DNA from: Christensenellales bacterium
GTDB lineage: Bacteria > Bacillota > Clostridia > Christensenellales > UBA1242
Reading direction: 5' to 3'
DNA: 64,000 nucleotides
Assembly (NCBI GenBank): GCA_051889995.1
Contig: JBJFDL010000002.1
Coordinates: forward strand, 81,051 to 145,050
Shown: piece after piece, positions 1 through 10,183 of the stretch
Numbering within the stretch: the stretch's first letter is position 1
How the letters are laid out: each line of letters opens with the position of its first letter
Made by a program: the position numbers and the translations under genes
The notes under the pieces: model-generated
The model's input: only the letters and a program-made list of their open reading frames with translations
Told to the model about the DNA's origin: nothing
Database searches by the model: none

Positions 1-722
1 TGAAATAATGTCATATACTTATTCTTTTCGTATATTTCGTAAATTCTTTCAATTTCTTTTTCTAGAATTTGGTCATTGCTTAAGTTTTTGTATTCAGTAT
101 TATTTTTCTTTAATGAAGTGATATATTTTGAATAAGCTCTATCAGCTAAACCTTCAATGCCATATTCTTCTAAAGCAAATTCAATTAATTTATCTTCAAC
201 TACTTCTTCTTCTACAATTCTTTTATAAGTGTAAGTGCCATCAGCATTTTTAATTCTTTCGACTGTTTTGGTGTATGGAGCAAAAGATGTAACTGTTTCT
301 TCTGTCTCTTCATTAGAAATTGGCAAACTTAATTCTTCTTTTTCAATAATTTCATCAGCAAATTCTTTTATATTGGAATTAATAGCTTTAAAAGTTTCAG
401 TATAAACCTCATTTTTTTGTGCTATTGAAAGTTCTCCAAATTCTTCTTTTGCTTTAATAACAAGCAATTCTCTATCAATTAAATCTTCCATTGTTCTTTT
501 AACAGCTTCTTCAGTTGTCATATTATAACTTTGAACATAATCATAACCAAAACTGTTATAACCTTGAATTAAATCTTTCATTGTTATTTGAACGCCGTCT
601 GTTTTAGCAACAACCTGTGCTAAATATTTATCATTATTTATTGTAACAAGTGAGCAAGCCGAAAATAAGCAGTTTACTCCTAGTAATAAAATAAGTGCTA
701 ATGCAGTTAGTATCTTTTTCAC
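1..722 (-). CDS. PrsA/SurA-N-like lipoprotein (putative foldase/peptidyl-prolyl isomerase); C-terminal part lies outside the window
   Basis: Open minus-strand frame from the window edge to GTG at 720-722, with GGAG at 730-733 seven nt upstream. N-terminus VKKILTALALILLLGVNCLFSAC is a signal peptide plus lipobox Cys. Position beside mfd fits the Firmicute pth-mfd-prsA-like neighbourhood. Confidence 0.5.
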   Translation of the reverse strand, partial: MKKILTALALILLLGVNCLFSACSLVTINNDKYLAQVVAKTDGVQITMKDLIQGYNSFGYDYVQSYNMTTEEAVKRTMEDLIDRELLVIKAKEEFGELSIAQKNEVYTETFKAINSNIKEFADEIIEKEELSLPISNEETEETVTSFAPYTKTVERIKNADGTYTYKRIVEEEVVEDKLIEFALEEYGIEGLADRAYSKYITSLKKNNTEYKNLSNDQILEKEIERIYEIYEKNKYMTLF

Positions 723-812
723 AATTCTACTCCTTGTTTTTAAGTCTTTGATAATAAAATCAAACATTTTACTTTATATTATAATATAAAGATTAAAAAA
801 TTGCAATTATTT

Positions 813-3800
813 TTAAAGGTTTATTAAAATATTAATTAAGTTTTTTAATTTTTCTATCACTGGTGCATTAAAATTAAATTCAATTGTTGGCAATGTTCTA
901 AATTTTAAACTTGCTTGCCTACTATAACTAGTTAATAATTTTTGAATTTTTTCATTTAATACATCATCTTTTTCATAGAATTCAATAAAAGTTTTATCTC
1001 CATTACAGAAAAAGCGTTTTGCATTGAGTTCAACAAGTAAATTTTTTAATTGAGCAACCAAAATTAAGGATTTTAATTCATTAGGAATGTTACCATATTT
1101 TTCACGCAAAACATTTTCCAGTTTTAATTTATCTTCATTAGTTTTAATTTGGGAAATCTCTTCATAAATTTTTAATCTGTTAGACTCATTTTCAATATAT
1201 GTTTGTGGAATAAACGAACTTAATGTAACTTCCATCTTGCAATCGTTTTGCTTCTTTAATTCTTTACCTTTTAATTCTTCGACAGCTTCTTTTAGAAGTC
1301 TTGCATACATATCATAACCGACTTTCTCAATGTGCCCACTTTGTTCAACGCCTAAAATTGAACCTGCTCCTCTAATTTCCAAATCACGCATAGCTATTTT
1401 AAAGCCACTTCCAAGTCCAGAAAACTCACTCATACTAGCAAGTCTTTTATAACCTTCTTCGCTTAAGTTTAAACTTGATGCATACGTAAAATATGCATAA
1501 GCTTGTTCATTACTTCTGCCGACTCTTCCACGCAATTGATATAATTGACTTAAGCCTAATTTATCACTATTAACAATAATGATTGTGTTTGCTTTTGGTA
1601 AATCTATTCCATTTTCAATTAATACAGTTGAAATTAAAATTTTAACTTCTTCTTCATAAACGTTATTAATAATTTTTTCAAGTTGTCTTTTATCCATTTG
1701 TCCGTGAGCAACTGCCAAAGGTATGTCTGGAAAAAGATTTTTAATGCTTTGAGCAAAAGTGTTAATACTCTCAACTTTATTATAAACAATAAGAACTTGT
1801 CCATTTCTGTTTAATTCACGATTTATTGCTTCTTTAACCATACCCGTTGAATATTCGGCAACTATTGTTTGAATTGGCAAACGACTTTTGGGTGGCGTGT
1901 CGATTATTGAAATATCTCTAACGCCAATCAAACTCATATTTAAAGTTCTTGGAATAGGTGTTGCTGAAAGCGTTAAAACATCTATATCATTTTTTAGATT
2001 CTTTATCTTTTCTTTATCTTCAACCCCAAATCGTTGTTCTTCATCTAAAACAAGTAATCCTAAATCTTTAAATTCAACATCTTTACTTAATAGTCTATGT
2101 GTTCCACAAATAACATCAATTTCACCATTCTTTAATTTTTCTAATATAGCTTTAGCTTCTTTATTTGTCTTAAATCTGTTTAAGACTTCAATTTTTACAG
2201 AAAAACTCGACATTCTTGCAATACAAGTTTTATAATGCTGTTCAGACAAAATTGTTGTTGGTGCAAGAATTGCAACTTGTTTGCCACTTAAAACAGCTTT
2301 AAAAACTGCTCTTAATGCAACCTCTGTTTTACCATATCCAACATCTCCACAAACCAGCCTATCCATAGTCTTATTGTTTTGCATATCATTTTTAATATCT
2401 GCAATTGCTTTTTCTTGATCACTAGTTAAAGCAAATGGAAATGCGTTTTCAAAGGCTAATTGAACATCATCATCACTGGCAAATTTAAAGCCTTTTGCCT
2501 TATCTCTTTTTGCGTAAAGTGTTAGTAAATCAAAAGCTAGGTCTTTAATTTTGCTTTTAACTTTTATTTTTTCTTTTATAAAATCAGTGGTTCCTAATTT
2601 GTTTAGTTTTGGATTTTCACTTTCGCCAACAAATTTTGTTATTAAATTTGTTTTTTCACTTGGCAAATATAAAGTGTCTCCACCATAAAATTCTAAAACA
2701 ATATAGTCCTTTTCTACACCGTTAAAACTGACTTTTTCTATAGCTTTGCATTTGCAAATACCGAATGTTTCATGAACACAATAATCGTTGATTTCGGGCG
2801 TGAAAAACACCTTTTTAATTTTGTTATCAAGAACAACCTTTTTTGCACCATAAATATTGTAATTTCCCAGAACAAAAATTTTATCTTCATTAAAAATTGT
2901 CCCAAACTGTGTTGTGTTAACAATAATATTAATTTCACTTTTTTTAATTTGATTATAGTTTATTACGATTTCGCTATGCAATGAATTATTTTGCAAAAAC
3001 TCTTTCATCTTAATTGCTTTTTCATTATTCTCACAAGATAAGATAATTGTGTATTTCCTACCATAAAAACTAATAATATCTTCGAGTAGAAAGTTAAAAT
3101 TGCCGTTATAATTCTTAACAAAGCTTCCCAAAAAACTATGAACAGCATTGCTTGTAAATATTTTATTGCTTGTGTTTAAATTTAAAAATGCTAAACAAGT
3201 ATTTTGAGTTTCAAAAACTTTATTTTTTTCTATCAAGCACTTTTTGTGTTCTTCAAGCAAAACGCCATCATAAATTAGCGAATTACTAGATGAAATAAAA
3301 TTAACATATTCGTTGTTAATGCTATCAACAATAACTTTTGGTTCAATAAAAATTACTATTCCATCTGTTAAATAATCTAATATCGAAGAATTAAAATTTT
3401 CAATAAAAGGGAAAAAGAAATTTGATTTCAAATTTTCCTTTATTAGTATTTCATTTTTTAAAGATACAAGTTTGTTCTGTTGTTCAACATTTTTCGACGT
3501 TTTGATTGCTTTTTCGATGGCATCTAAAACTCCTGATTTAACATTTTCATCACAACAAAAATCTGAAGGACAAATTGTAATACTTTTCTCATCTTGAATT
3601 ATTTCATAGGTTTCCAAACTAAAACTAGAAATTCTTTCTATTTCTTCATCAAAAAAACTTATTCTATATGGAAGATTAGAATTAATAGGATAAACCGAAA
3701 GCAAGTCGCCTTTAACAAAGAATTCCCCTTTATCATTAATCTCATCGACATTTCTGTATCCGCTTAAAATCAATTTTTGAATTATGTTTTTTAATTTGTA

Positions 3801-4214
3801 ATTATCAGCCAAATTCAAATGAATTAATAAGTTTTCAAAGTTAGATGCATTCAAAAATCTTTGAGTTAAAGCCTTGCTGTTCAAAATTAAAACATCTATC
3901 TCTTTATTTATTAATTTGAAACAAGCAAGTAAAAAGTTTTTTAAATTTTCATCATTACCAAAAGGGTTATAGGCATAGTTTTCAATTCTATTGTTTAAAA
4001 CAAAGGTTCTTAAGCCCAAACTATTTAATTGACTTTCGTATTTATACGCTTCAACAGTGCTATCAATAACTACGATTTTTTGTTTTTCAATAAATTTTAA
4101 GATAAAGGAAATTTCATTAAAATTCAAACCAAAACAAGAGCAATTTTTATTGCTCTTTAAATCATTTAATAGGTCTAAAATTTTAGAATTATCTTTATCT
4201 AGTATGCTAATCAT
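813..4214 (-). CDS. mfd: Transcription-repair coupling factor Mfd
   Basis: 1133 aa. Walker A GDVGYGKTEVA, DEEQRFG box, RGRVGRS motif. Immediately downstream of pth with a 4-nt overlap. Confidence 0.95.
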   Translation of the reverse strand: MISILDKDNSKILDLLNDLKSNKNCSCFGLNFNEISFILKFIEKQKIVVIDSTVEAYKYESQLNSLGLRTFVLNNRIENYAYNPFGNDENLKNFLLACFKLINKEIDVLILNSKALTQRFLNASNFENLLIHLNLADNYKLKNIIQKLILSGYRNVDEINDKGEFFVKGDLLSVYPINSNLPYRISFFDEEIERISSFSLETYEIIQDEKSITICPSDFCCDENVKSGVLDAIEKAIKTSKNVEQQNKLVSLKNEILIKENLKSNFFFPFIENFNSSILDYLTDGIVIFIEPKVIVDSINNEYVNFISSSNSLIYDGVLLEEHKKCLIEKNKVFETQNTCLAFLNLNTSNKIFTSNAVHSFLGSFVKNYNGNFNFLLEDIISFYGRKYTIILSCENNEKAIKMKEFLQNNSLHSEIVINYNQIKKSEINIIVNTTQFGTIFNEDKIFVLGNYNIYGAKKVVLDNKIKKVFFTPEINDYCVHETFGICKCKAIEKVSFNGVEKDYIVLEFYGGDTLYLPSEKTNLITKFVGESENPKLNKLGTTDFIKEKIKVKSKIKDLAFDLLTLYAKRDKAKGFKFASDDDVQLAFENAFPFALTSDQEKAIADIKNDMQNNKTMDRLVCGDVGYGKTEVALRAVFKAVLSGKQVAILAPTTILSEQHYKTCIARMSSFSVKIEVLNRFKTNKEAKAILEKLKNGEIDVICGTHRLLSKDVEFKDLGLLVLDEEQRFGVEDKEKIKNLKNDIDVLTLSATPIPRTLNMSLIGVRDISIIDTPPKSRLPIQTIVAEYSTGMVKEAINRELNRNGQVLIVYNKVESINTFAQSIKNLFPDIPLAVAHGQMDKRQLEKIINNVYEEEVKILISTVLIENGIDLPKANTIIIVNSDKLGLSQLYQLRGRVGRSNEQAYAYFTYASSLNLSEEGYKRLASMSEFSGLGSGFKIAMRDLEIRGAGSILGVEQSGHIEKVGYDMYARLLKEAVEELKGKELKKQNDCKMEVTLSSFIPQTYIENESNRLKIYEEISQIKTNEDKLKLENVLREKYGNIPNELKSLILVAQLKNLLVELNAKRFFCNGDKTFIEFYEKDDVLNEKIQKLLTSYSRQASLKFRTLPTIEFNFNAPVIEKLKNLINILINL

Positions 4215-4762
4215 ATTTTAAAACTTGTGTTTTCAACCTTTCCAGATTTTTTAATATAGTCAATTAAAAATTCATTTGTTTTTTCAAAAACTTTATCAAA
4301 ACTTTCGTCTTCTTTAATTTTACTTAAAACATAGTCTAAAATGGGAATTTTTTTACCATTATTTATGCCAATACGAAGTCTTTTAAAATTTTCGCTGTTT
4401 AATTTTTTAACTATATCACGCATTCCATTATGTGTTCCAGCACTTCCATCTTTTCTAAAACGAACTTCACCTACTAATAAATCATAATCATCATATATAA
4501 CTAAAATATCGTCTACTGTAGCTTTAAATTTTTTCATAAAATTTAGCACACAATCTCCGCTATTATTCATAAATGTTGTTGGTTTAACAAAAATTACCTT
4601 TTCACCATTAAAGTTTGTTTCTAAAAAATCACCTTGATATTTTCTTTTGCTAATTTCTAGGTTATTCGCTTTTAAAAATGCATCGACAGTTTTAAAGCCT
4701 ATGTTATGATATGTGTTCTTATAATTATCTCCAATGTTTCCTAATCCAAAAATTAAAATCAT
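4211..4762 (-). CDS. pth: Peptidyl-tRNA hydrolase
   Basis: 183 aa. Canonical N-terminus LIFGLGNIGDNYKNTYHNIGF and GTHNGMRD motif. pth-mfd synteny. Confidence 0.95.
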   Translation of the reverse strand: MILIFGLGNIGDNYKNTYHNIGFKTVDAFLKANNLEISKRKYQGDFLETNFNGEKVIFVKPTTFMNNSGDCVLNFMKKFKATVDDILVIYDDYDLLVGEVRFRKDGSAGTHNGMRDIVKKLNSENFKRLRIGINNGKKIPILDYVLSKIKEDESFDKVFEKTNEFLIDYIKKSGKVENTSFKI

Positions 4763-5068
4763 ACTCTTATTATATCACAACTTTTTCATTTTGTAACAAA
4801 AATTTAAGTAATTATTTTTTTTCTATATTTTCTACTTAATTACATTTTTTAAAGTAATATTTTTTTACTTTTATAATTTCACAATATTTGATAGCAGTTT
4901 TTATAGAAATATTATAGATGGTTAAAATAAACTAAAACATTAACAAAAAAATAACTTAAAAATAAATCGAATAACTATAAAAAGCAAAATTAACTAAATA
5001 TAAGAGAATATGTATTTTACAAACTTAAACTATCATTTTTAAATAAAAAATCAAGGATATTACCTTGA

Positions 5069-5923
5069 TTAAATTTTTTTATTATTTGATAATTTAGTAT
5101 TTTCTTCTAGTGTTTGATTTTTAATAACACTAAAATCTAAAATTTGAGAATTTGATTTAACAACGCAATTCTCCAAAATGGAATTTTCAATCTTACAATT
5201 ACTTTCAATTATAGAATTTGTAATGCAACAATTAGAAGAAATTACACTATCTTTTAATATTAAACTTTTGCCCCTAATAACCACATTATTTTCTATTACA
5301 ACTCCACCTTCAATATTGGTTTTAGCATCAATAAAGGTTCCGTTAAAATCTTTTATTATAACCCCATTACTCATGTGATAATTTAATATTCGTTTCTTCA
5401 AAATGTTTATTGCATTAAGAAAACTGTGTTCGTCTAAAACTTTAACAAAATCTTCTTCATTAAAAACTTGTTCTTGTGGATTATAGACTTTTTCAACGCT
5501 TCTTAAATAGTTTTGTTCAAAAGCAAATCCCCTATTAAATTTTAATGCGCATAAATTTTTTAATGTAAAATAATCTAAAATTTCATAGATTGTTCTTTTT
5601 GTAATTAATGGAGTATCTGAAAATAGCACCAAAACATATTTTTTATCATCTAAATTTTGCTTAATAATTTTTATAATATCATCTTGTCCATCATAGTCAA
5701 TTACTTTAACATTCAAATTTTCGCAAGCATTTAAAATATAATCAAAACCACTTATGCCAAACATTTCACGCTTTGAAAAGTCAGTTTTATATTTCATTTT
5801 TAATATTAAAACCAAAAAGTCATCATATTCGCTTGTTTTATTAATATTTTTAAGTAATTGCGTAATGTTTTCATCAGTTATATCAGTCATTTTTTCGCTT
5901 TCTTGTTCTAAAATTTCAATCAT
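5069..5923 (-). CDS. Degenerate GlmU-like protein (nucleotidyltransferase-like N-half plus short left-handed beta-helix)
   Basis: 284 aa. VLVLFSDTPLITKRTIYEIL resembles the GlmU YGDVPLI segment. C-terminal hexapeptide repeats (IEGGVVIENNVVIRGKSLILKDSVISSNCCITNSIIESNCKIENSILENCVV). Lacks the LAAGxGTRM motif and most of the acetyltransferase domain. Sits where glmU lies in Firmicutes. Confidence 0.45.
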   Translation of the reverse strand: MIEILEQESEKMTDITDENITQLLKNINKTSEYDDFLVLILKMKYKTDFSKREMFGISGFDYILNACENLNVKVIDYDGQDDIIKIIKQNLDDKKYVLVLFSDTPLITKRTIYEILDYFTLKNLCALKFNRGFAFEQNYLRSVEKVYNPQEQVFNEEDFVKVLDEHSFLNAINILKKRILNYHMSNGVIIKDFNGTFIDAKTNIEGGVVIENNVVIRGKSLILKDSVISSNCCITNSIIESNCKIENSILENCVVKSNSQILDFSVIKNQTLEENTKLSNNKKI

Positions 5924-5959
5924 ATTTTTCTTCCTTTATTTAAAAATTTTGTTTTAATT

Positions 5960-6403
5960 TTATCGTTTTTTTCTAAAATAATTAGTTAAAATTGCACCAC
6001 ATTCTTCTTCCAAAATTCCACCTGTAACTTTAGCTTTATGATTAAAGCCTTTTATGTTTAATTCTTCATATTTTTCAACTTCTAACCCATATTTTTTATC
6101 ATAAGCGCCAAAGTATATTTCATCAATTCTACTTGATAGTATTGCACCATAACACATTAAACATGGTTGCAAAGTTACATAAATTTTGCATCCACTTAAA
6201 TTCCATGATTTTAATTTTTTGCTTGCCTTATAAATTGCAATCATTTCAGCATGAAGTAATGCACATTTTTTATGTTCTTTTTTGTTAAATGCTTTTCCAA
6301 TAATTTTTTCACCTTTTACTATAACTGCGCCAACAGGAACTTCATCTTTCATTGATGCTTTAAACGCTTCTTTTAGCGCTAATTTCATAAATTTTTCTTC
6401 CAT
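5960..6403 (-). CDS. tadA: tRNA adenosine(34) deaminase
   Basis: 147 aa. CDA zinc motifs HAEMIAI and PCLMCYGAI. Start overlaps the rlmH stop (TAATG). Confidence 0.9.
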   Translation of the reverse strand: MEEKFMKLALKEAFKASMKDEVPVGAVIVKGEKIIGKAFNKKEHKKCALLHAEMIAIYKASKKLKSWNLSGCKIYVTLQPCLMCYGAILSSRIDEIYFGAYDKKYGLEVEKYEELNIKGFNHKAKVTGGILEEECGAILTNYFRKKR

Positions 6404-6876
6404 TATTTATGATATCCTTTATTATTAATAATTGTAAATGCACGATATAATTGCTCAACAAAAATTACTCGCATAAGATTGTGTGGAAATGTCATTTTTG
6501 AAAAAGAAATTTTTTCTTGTGAACTATTTTCAACATCTAAACTTGTCCCATAACTTCCACCAATAATAAAAGTTATTTCACTTATTCCATCAACTTGCTT
6601 TTTAGAAATAAAACTTGAAAACTCTTCACTACTCAATTCTTTTCCTTTTAGAGATAATAAAACATTAAATTTAGATAAATTTTGACAAATTCTTTTTCCT
6701 TCATCTTCTTTTATTTTATTTATTTCGCTAGAAGTTGGATTATTAAAATTTGTTTCCTTTAATTCAATAATATTAAACTTACAATAAGCAGATAATCGTT
6801 TTTCATATTCTTTTACTGCATCACTCCAAAATTTTTCTTTCAAATTTCCGACACAAACAAGATTAATTGTTATCAT
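6403..6876 (-). CDS. rlmH: 23S rRNA (pseudouridine1915-N3)-methyltransferase RlmH
   Basis: Motifs IGGSYG and FPHNLMRVIFVEQLYRAF. Preferred start is MITINLVCVGN at 6876, overlapping the upstream TGA stop as ATGA. Confidence 0.9.
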   Translation of the reverse strand: MITINLVCVGNLKEKFWSDAVKEYEKRLSAYCKFNIIELKETNFNNPTSSEINKIKEDEGKRICQNLSKFNVLLSLKGKELSSEEFSSFISKKQVDGISEITFIIGGSYGTSLDVENSSQEKISFSKMTFPHNLMRVIFVEQLYRAFTIINNKGYHK

Positions 6877-7994
6877 AATAGCCCCCAAATAAATGTAGAA
6901 ATAGTTATAAACGCCCCTAAAAAGAAGGTCGCTATTATGAAAATTTTATCTCTAAATCGTAGTTTTTCCTTAGGATAATTATCTTGAAAGAAAACCTCTT
7001 CAGTAGACTTTGGCTGATACAGATTTTCCATCACAATTGGTTGCACATTTTCAATAAACTCATGATTTGTCAATTCGCCTTCAACATACGAATTTTCTCT
7101 GTCAGCTTTCCCAAACGATTTTTTAATGTTGTGTATTAAATTTTTAAAGTTATCAAAGCTTGTGTTAGCAAGCAGTGCAACAATAAGCCTAATTAGCAAA
7201 GCAATTAAAAGAATTATTAGAAGAACAACAAAGAATATTGCTGTTAGCCAATTTTGAGTTAAAAAATAATTTAACTTATCATAGAAACTACCAAACAGCC
7301 ATCCATTTGCCTCTGCAAATGATAAATATATGTTAATAAAATTATTAACAAAGTGAATTATGATTGCTGGCCATATACTTTTTCCTACAATGGAAACAAA
7401 GCCAATTAGGCAGCCTAAAATTGTTGCGTAGAAAAACTGAACAATGTTTAAGTGCATAAGTCCAAAACATATTGAACTAATGATTAAACTATGCTTAACA
7501 CTAATACTGGAAAACATTCCACGCATTAAAATTCCTCTATGCATATATTCTTCACAAAATGCTGGCAAAATTGCAACGCATAAAACATTAACTAGAAAAC
7601 TCACAAACGAATAACTTTCACCACTGCTAGATGATGAAGAAGGAGTGTATCCAAAAGCTTGAATAAGTCCATTAAAAATTGAACTAACAAAAATGTTTAA
7701 AACAAAAGCAATTAATCCTATTAAAAAAGAAATTAACACCACTTTTGATGATATTTTTTTAAAACCTATGTCATTAAATGTTTCTTTTTGTCTTTTTTTA
7801 AAAAACAACCTATAAAAAAGCGTTGGAACAACAACCATAATAATTACTTGAATTATTACAGTTGAAATTATGTCTTGTAAAACATTTGGAACATTAGAAA
7901 GAAAATTAAATTGAAATAAAACCCTTACGCCAACAAATAGACATAATGAGATAAAATATATTAAACTAATCTTTAAAAAGCGACTTTTTTGCAT
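6873..7994 (-). CDS. CPBP-family intramembrane metalloprotease (CAAX-protease-like)
   Basis: Polytopic membrane protein with EEYMHRG, FGLMH and IIHFVNN motifs. Start moved to MQKSRF (ATG 7994), which has AGGAG upstream. Confidence 0.8.
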   Translation of the reverse strand: MQKSRFLKISLIYFISLCLFVGVRVLFQFNFLSNVPNVLQDIISTVIIQVIIMVVVPTLFYRLFFKKRQKETFNDIGFKKISSKVVLISFLIGLIAFVLNIFVSSIFNGLIQAFGYTPSSSSSSGESYSFVSFLVNVLCVAILPAFCEEYMHRGILMRGMFSSISVKHSLIISSICFGLMHLNIVQFFYATILGCLIGFVSIVGKSIWPAIIIHFVNNFINIYLSFAEANGWLFGSFYDKLNYFLTQNWLTAIFFVVLLIILLIALLIRLIVALLANTSFDNFKNLIHNIKKSFGKADRENSYVEGELTNHEFIENVQPIVMENLYQPKSTEEVFFQDNYPKEKLRFRDKIFIIATFFLGAFITISTFIWGLL

Positions 7995-8001
7995 ATATCT
8001 C

Positions 8002-8931
8002 CTATAAAAATAACACTGATAAAATCCATGAAAGAACTCCAAAAATTATTGAAACAACATAAAAATCATATTTTTTAATCGAATTGTTAGCATCTTTCAA
8101 TTCATTTTTATTAATAATTGTGCGTTTATAATTGTTTCTTTTCCTTAAAAAAGATAATAGATGATAAATTATAATTATTCCCAAGACAAACAAAATACAC
8201 GCAATTATAATGTAGTTTGTGGATAAAAACTTATAATCAAAAAATGATGGATTAATATAGTTTATTGTTAAAACTGCTCCATTATTAATAAAATGTAGCA
8301 AAAAACAAGAAAAAAAGTTTCGAGTATACAAATAAACTAATGCCAAAAGAACGCCCAGCAAAAATTGGTAAATTGTTTGGTGAATGTTTAAATGAATTAT
8401 TGTAAAAAACAATGCAGACATCACAACAGCAGTAACATCACCTTTTTCTCTTAAGCCGTTAAATATCACTCCCCTAAAAACCAATTCTTCAATTAACGGA
8501 GCAAAAATTGCTAACGAAAAAAATAAAATTAAAAACGCTTGAAGTGGTGGCAAATTCAAAGAAATTGATGATGATAAAAATCCAATTTGTGTTAAAAACT
8601 CATCAATAACATTAATTAATGGACTTATTAAAAACACACAAGTAAGTCCAATAAGCAGTATTAAAAAAATATCACCAACTTTGATTTTTTCTTTAAAATA
8701 ATAACTTGTTTTAACTTTACATTTTGCCTTTAAAATTAAATAAACAATCAAAAATCCAATTTGATTTAAAAACAAAGCAATTATTTGATAAACTAAAGTT
8801 TGGTCAAATCCTTCAGTGCCAAAAACAGACATTAAAATTGTAAGAACAAAAATACCTACAATATTAGGTATAACCAATGCTAAAATAAAACATAGACTGC
8901 TTGCTCTAACTGTATAACTATTTTCTTGCAT
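8002..8931 (-). CDS. CPBP-family intramembrane metalloprotease (CAAX-protease-like)
   Basis: Motifs EELVFRG, TIIHLN and LLHFINN in a multi-TM protein. Tandem with the paralogue downstream. Confidence 0.8.
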   Translation of the reverse strand: MQENSYTVRASSLCFILALVIPNIVGIFVLTILMSVFGTEGFDQTLVYQIIALFLNQIGFLIVYLILKAKCKVKTSYYFKEKIKVGDIFLILLIGLTCVFLISPLINVIDEFLTQIGFLSSSISLNLPPLQAFLILFFSLAIFAPLIEELVFRGVIFNGLREKGDVTAVVMSALFFTIIHLNIHQTIYQFLLGVLLALVYLYTRNFFSCFLLHFINNGAVLTINYINPSFFDYKFLSTNYIIIACILFVLGIIIIYHLLSFLRKRNNYKRTIINKNELKDANNSIKKYDFYVVSIIFGVLSWILSVLFL

Positions 8932-9048
8932 ACTAAATTATAACAAATTTAAAATCTTTTTTCAAATCTTTTTATAAATTAATAAAATATACTTAATTAA
9001 ACAAATTTCTGTTGTTAAAAGTTTATAAAAGGAATATACTAATAATGT

Positions 9049-10011
9049 ATGAACAAAAAAGATGAAATAAAAATCAAAGAAGAAAAAGTTTTAGATAAGG
9101 AATTTAAAAACTTAAATAAAATTGAAGATGCTGAAATAAAAGAAGAAGAATGTTTAATGAAACTTAACGCAACAAAATCTAAGGCTGGAGAAAAAATAAC
9201 TAAAAGTAAAATTTTAGATAACACAACTAAGAAAGGTAAAATTTTACGCAGTATTATTGTTTTTTCAATCTTTGCTGCATTAATAGTTGGTGGATTTTTT
9301 GCATTAAAACAAACAGGGTTATTATCAAAATTTAATAATCTTGAAGATGTTAAAAATTTTATTTTATCTGGTGGAAATTTTAGTATCATCATTTTTATGT
9401 TAATACAATTTTTACAAGTTACAGTTTTACCAATACCGGCAGCTATAACAACAATTGCTGGTGCACTAGTATTTGGACCTTTAAAAACCTTGATTTTAAG
9501 TTTTATAGCCATAATGTTAGGAAGTTTTTTTGCTTTCTTTTTAGGTAGAGTTTTTGGCAAAAAAATTTTAATTTGGATTGCCGGCAAAGAAGATGCAGAA
9601 AAGTGGACAAAAAAATTAACCAATGGAAAATATTTGTTTTTTTTGATGATGCTATTCCCTATTTTTCCTGATGATATTTTATGTATTGCAGCAGGTGTTA
9701 CAAATATGAGTTTTAAATTTTATTTTTTCACAAATTTAATTTCAAGACCACTAGCACTAATTTCTTTATGTTACTTTGGAAGTGGGGCAATAATTCCTTT
9801 TAAAGGAACTGGATTAATTTTTTGGGCAATAATAGTTGTAGTTATTGCTATCATATTTTTCCTTTCATTGAAATATCAAGATAAAATCGAAAACGCTGTT
9901 GATATTTTAGCAAGTAAAATGGGAAGAAAAAAAACACAGACACAAAAAGTTAAAATAGAAACATTAAATATTAACGACGGCGACGACACTAACAACACTG
10001 CTTCAAATTAA
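9049..10011 (+). CDS. TVP38/TMEM64 (DedA-related) family membrane protein
   Basis: VLPIPAAITTIAGALVFGP...FFLGRVFGKK and LFPIFPDDILCIAAGVTNMSF are typical family motifs. Confidence 0.8.
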   Translation: MNKKDEIKIKEEKVLDKEFKNLNKIEDAEIKEEECLMKLNATKSKAGEKITKSKILDNTTKKGKILRSIIVFSIFAALIVGGFFALKQTGLLSKFNNLEDVKNFILSGGNFSIIIFMLIQFLQVTVLPIPAAITTIAGALVFGPLKTLILSFIAIMLGSFFAFFLGRVFGKKILIWIAGKEDAEKWTKKLTNGKYLFFLMMLFPIFPDDILCIAAGVTNMSFKFYFFTNLISRPLALISLCYFGSGAIIPFKGTGLIFWAIIVVVIAIIFFLSLKYQDKIENAVDILASKMGRKKTQTQKVKIETLNINDGDDTNNTASN

Positions 10012-10051
10012 TTAAGAGCAAACTAAATTGCATAAAATTAAAAAATAATTT

Positions 10052-10082
10052 AAAAAAAAATGTAGCAAAAGCTACATTTTTT
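10052..10082. terminator. Bidirectional intrinsic terminator
   Basis: ATGTAGC-aaaa-GCTACAT stem flanked by an A-run and a T-run, between convergent genes. Confidence 0.7.
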
Positions 10083-10183
10083 AGTTATTTCAAGTTTATA
10101 ATTATTTCCTTCATTTATCTAATTAATTTTAATTTGTTAAATAAAGTATTTTTCTCACGCTTTGTTTATATTTAATTCACAAA

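Noticed and set aside
9039-9623. 194-aa minus-strand ORF, and similar long antisense ORFs such as 1888-2235, 14801-15208, 21293-21715, 22966-23298 and 62023-62673
   Set aside because: Each lies fully inside a well-supported gene on the opposite strand (TVP38, mfd, dnaB, gerC, gerAA, dacB-like). They have low-complexity Ser/Leu/Phe/Ile-rich translations, no RBS and no recognisable motifs. They are shadow ORFs.
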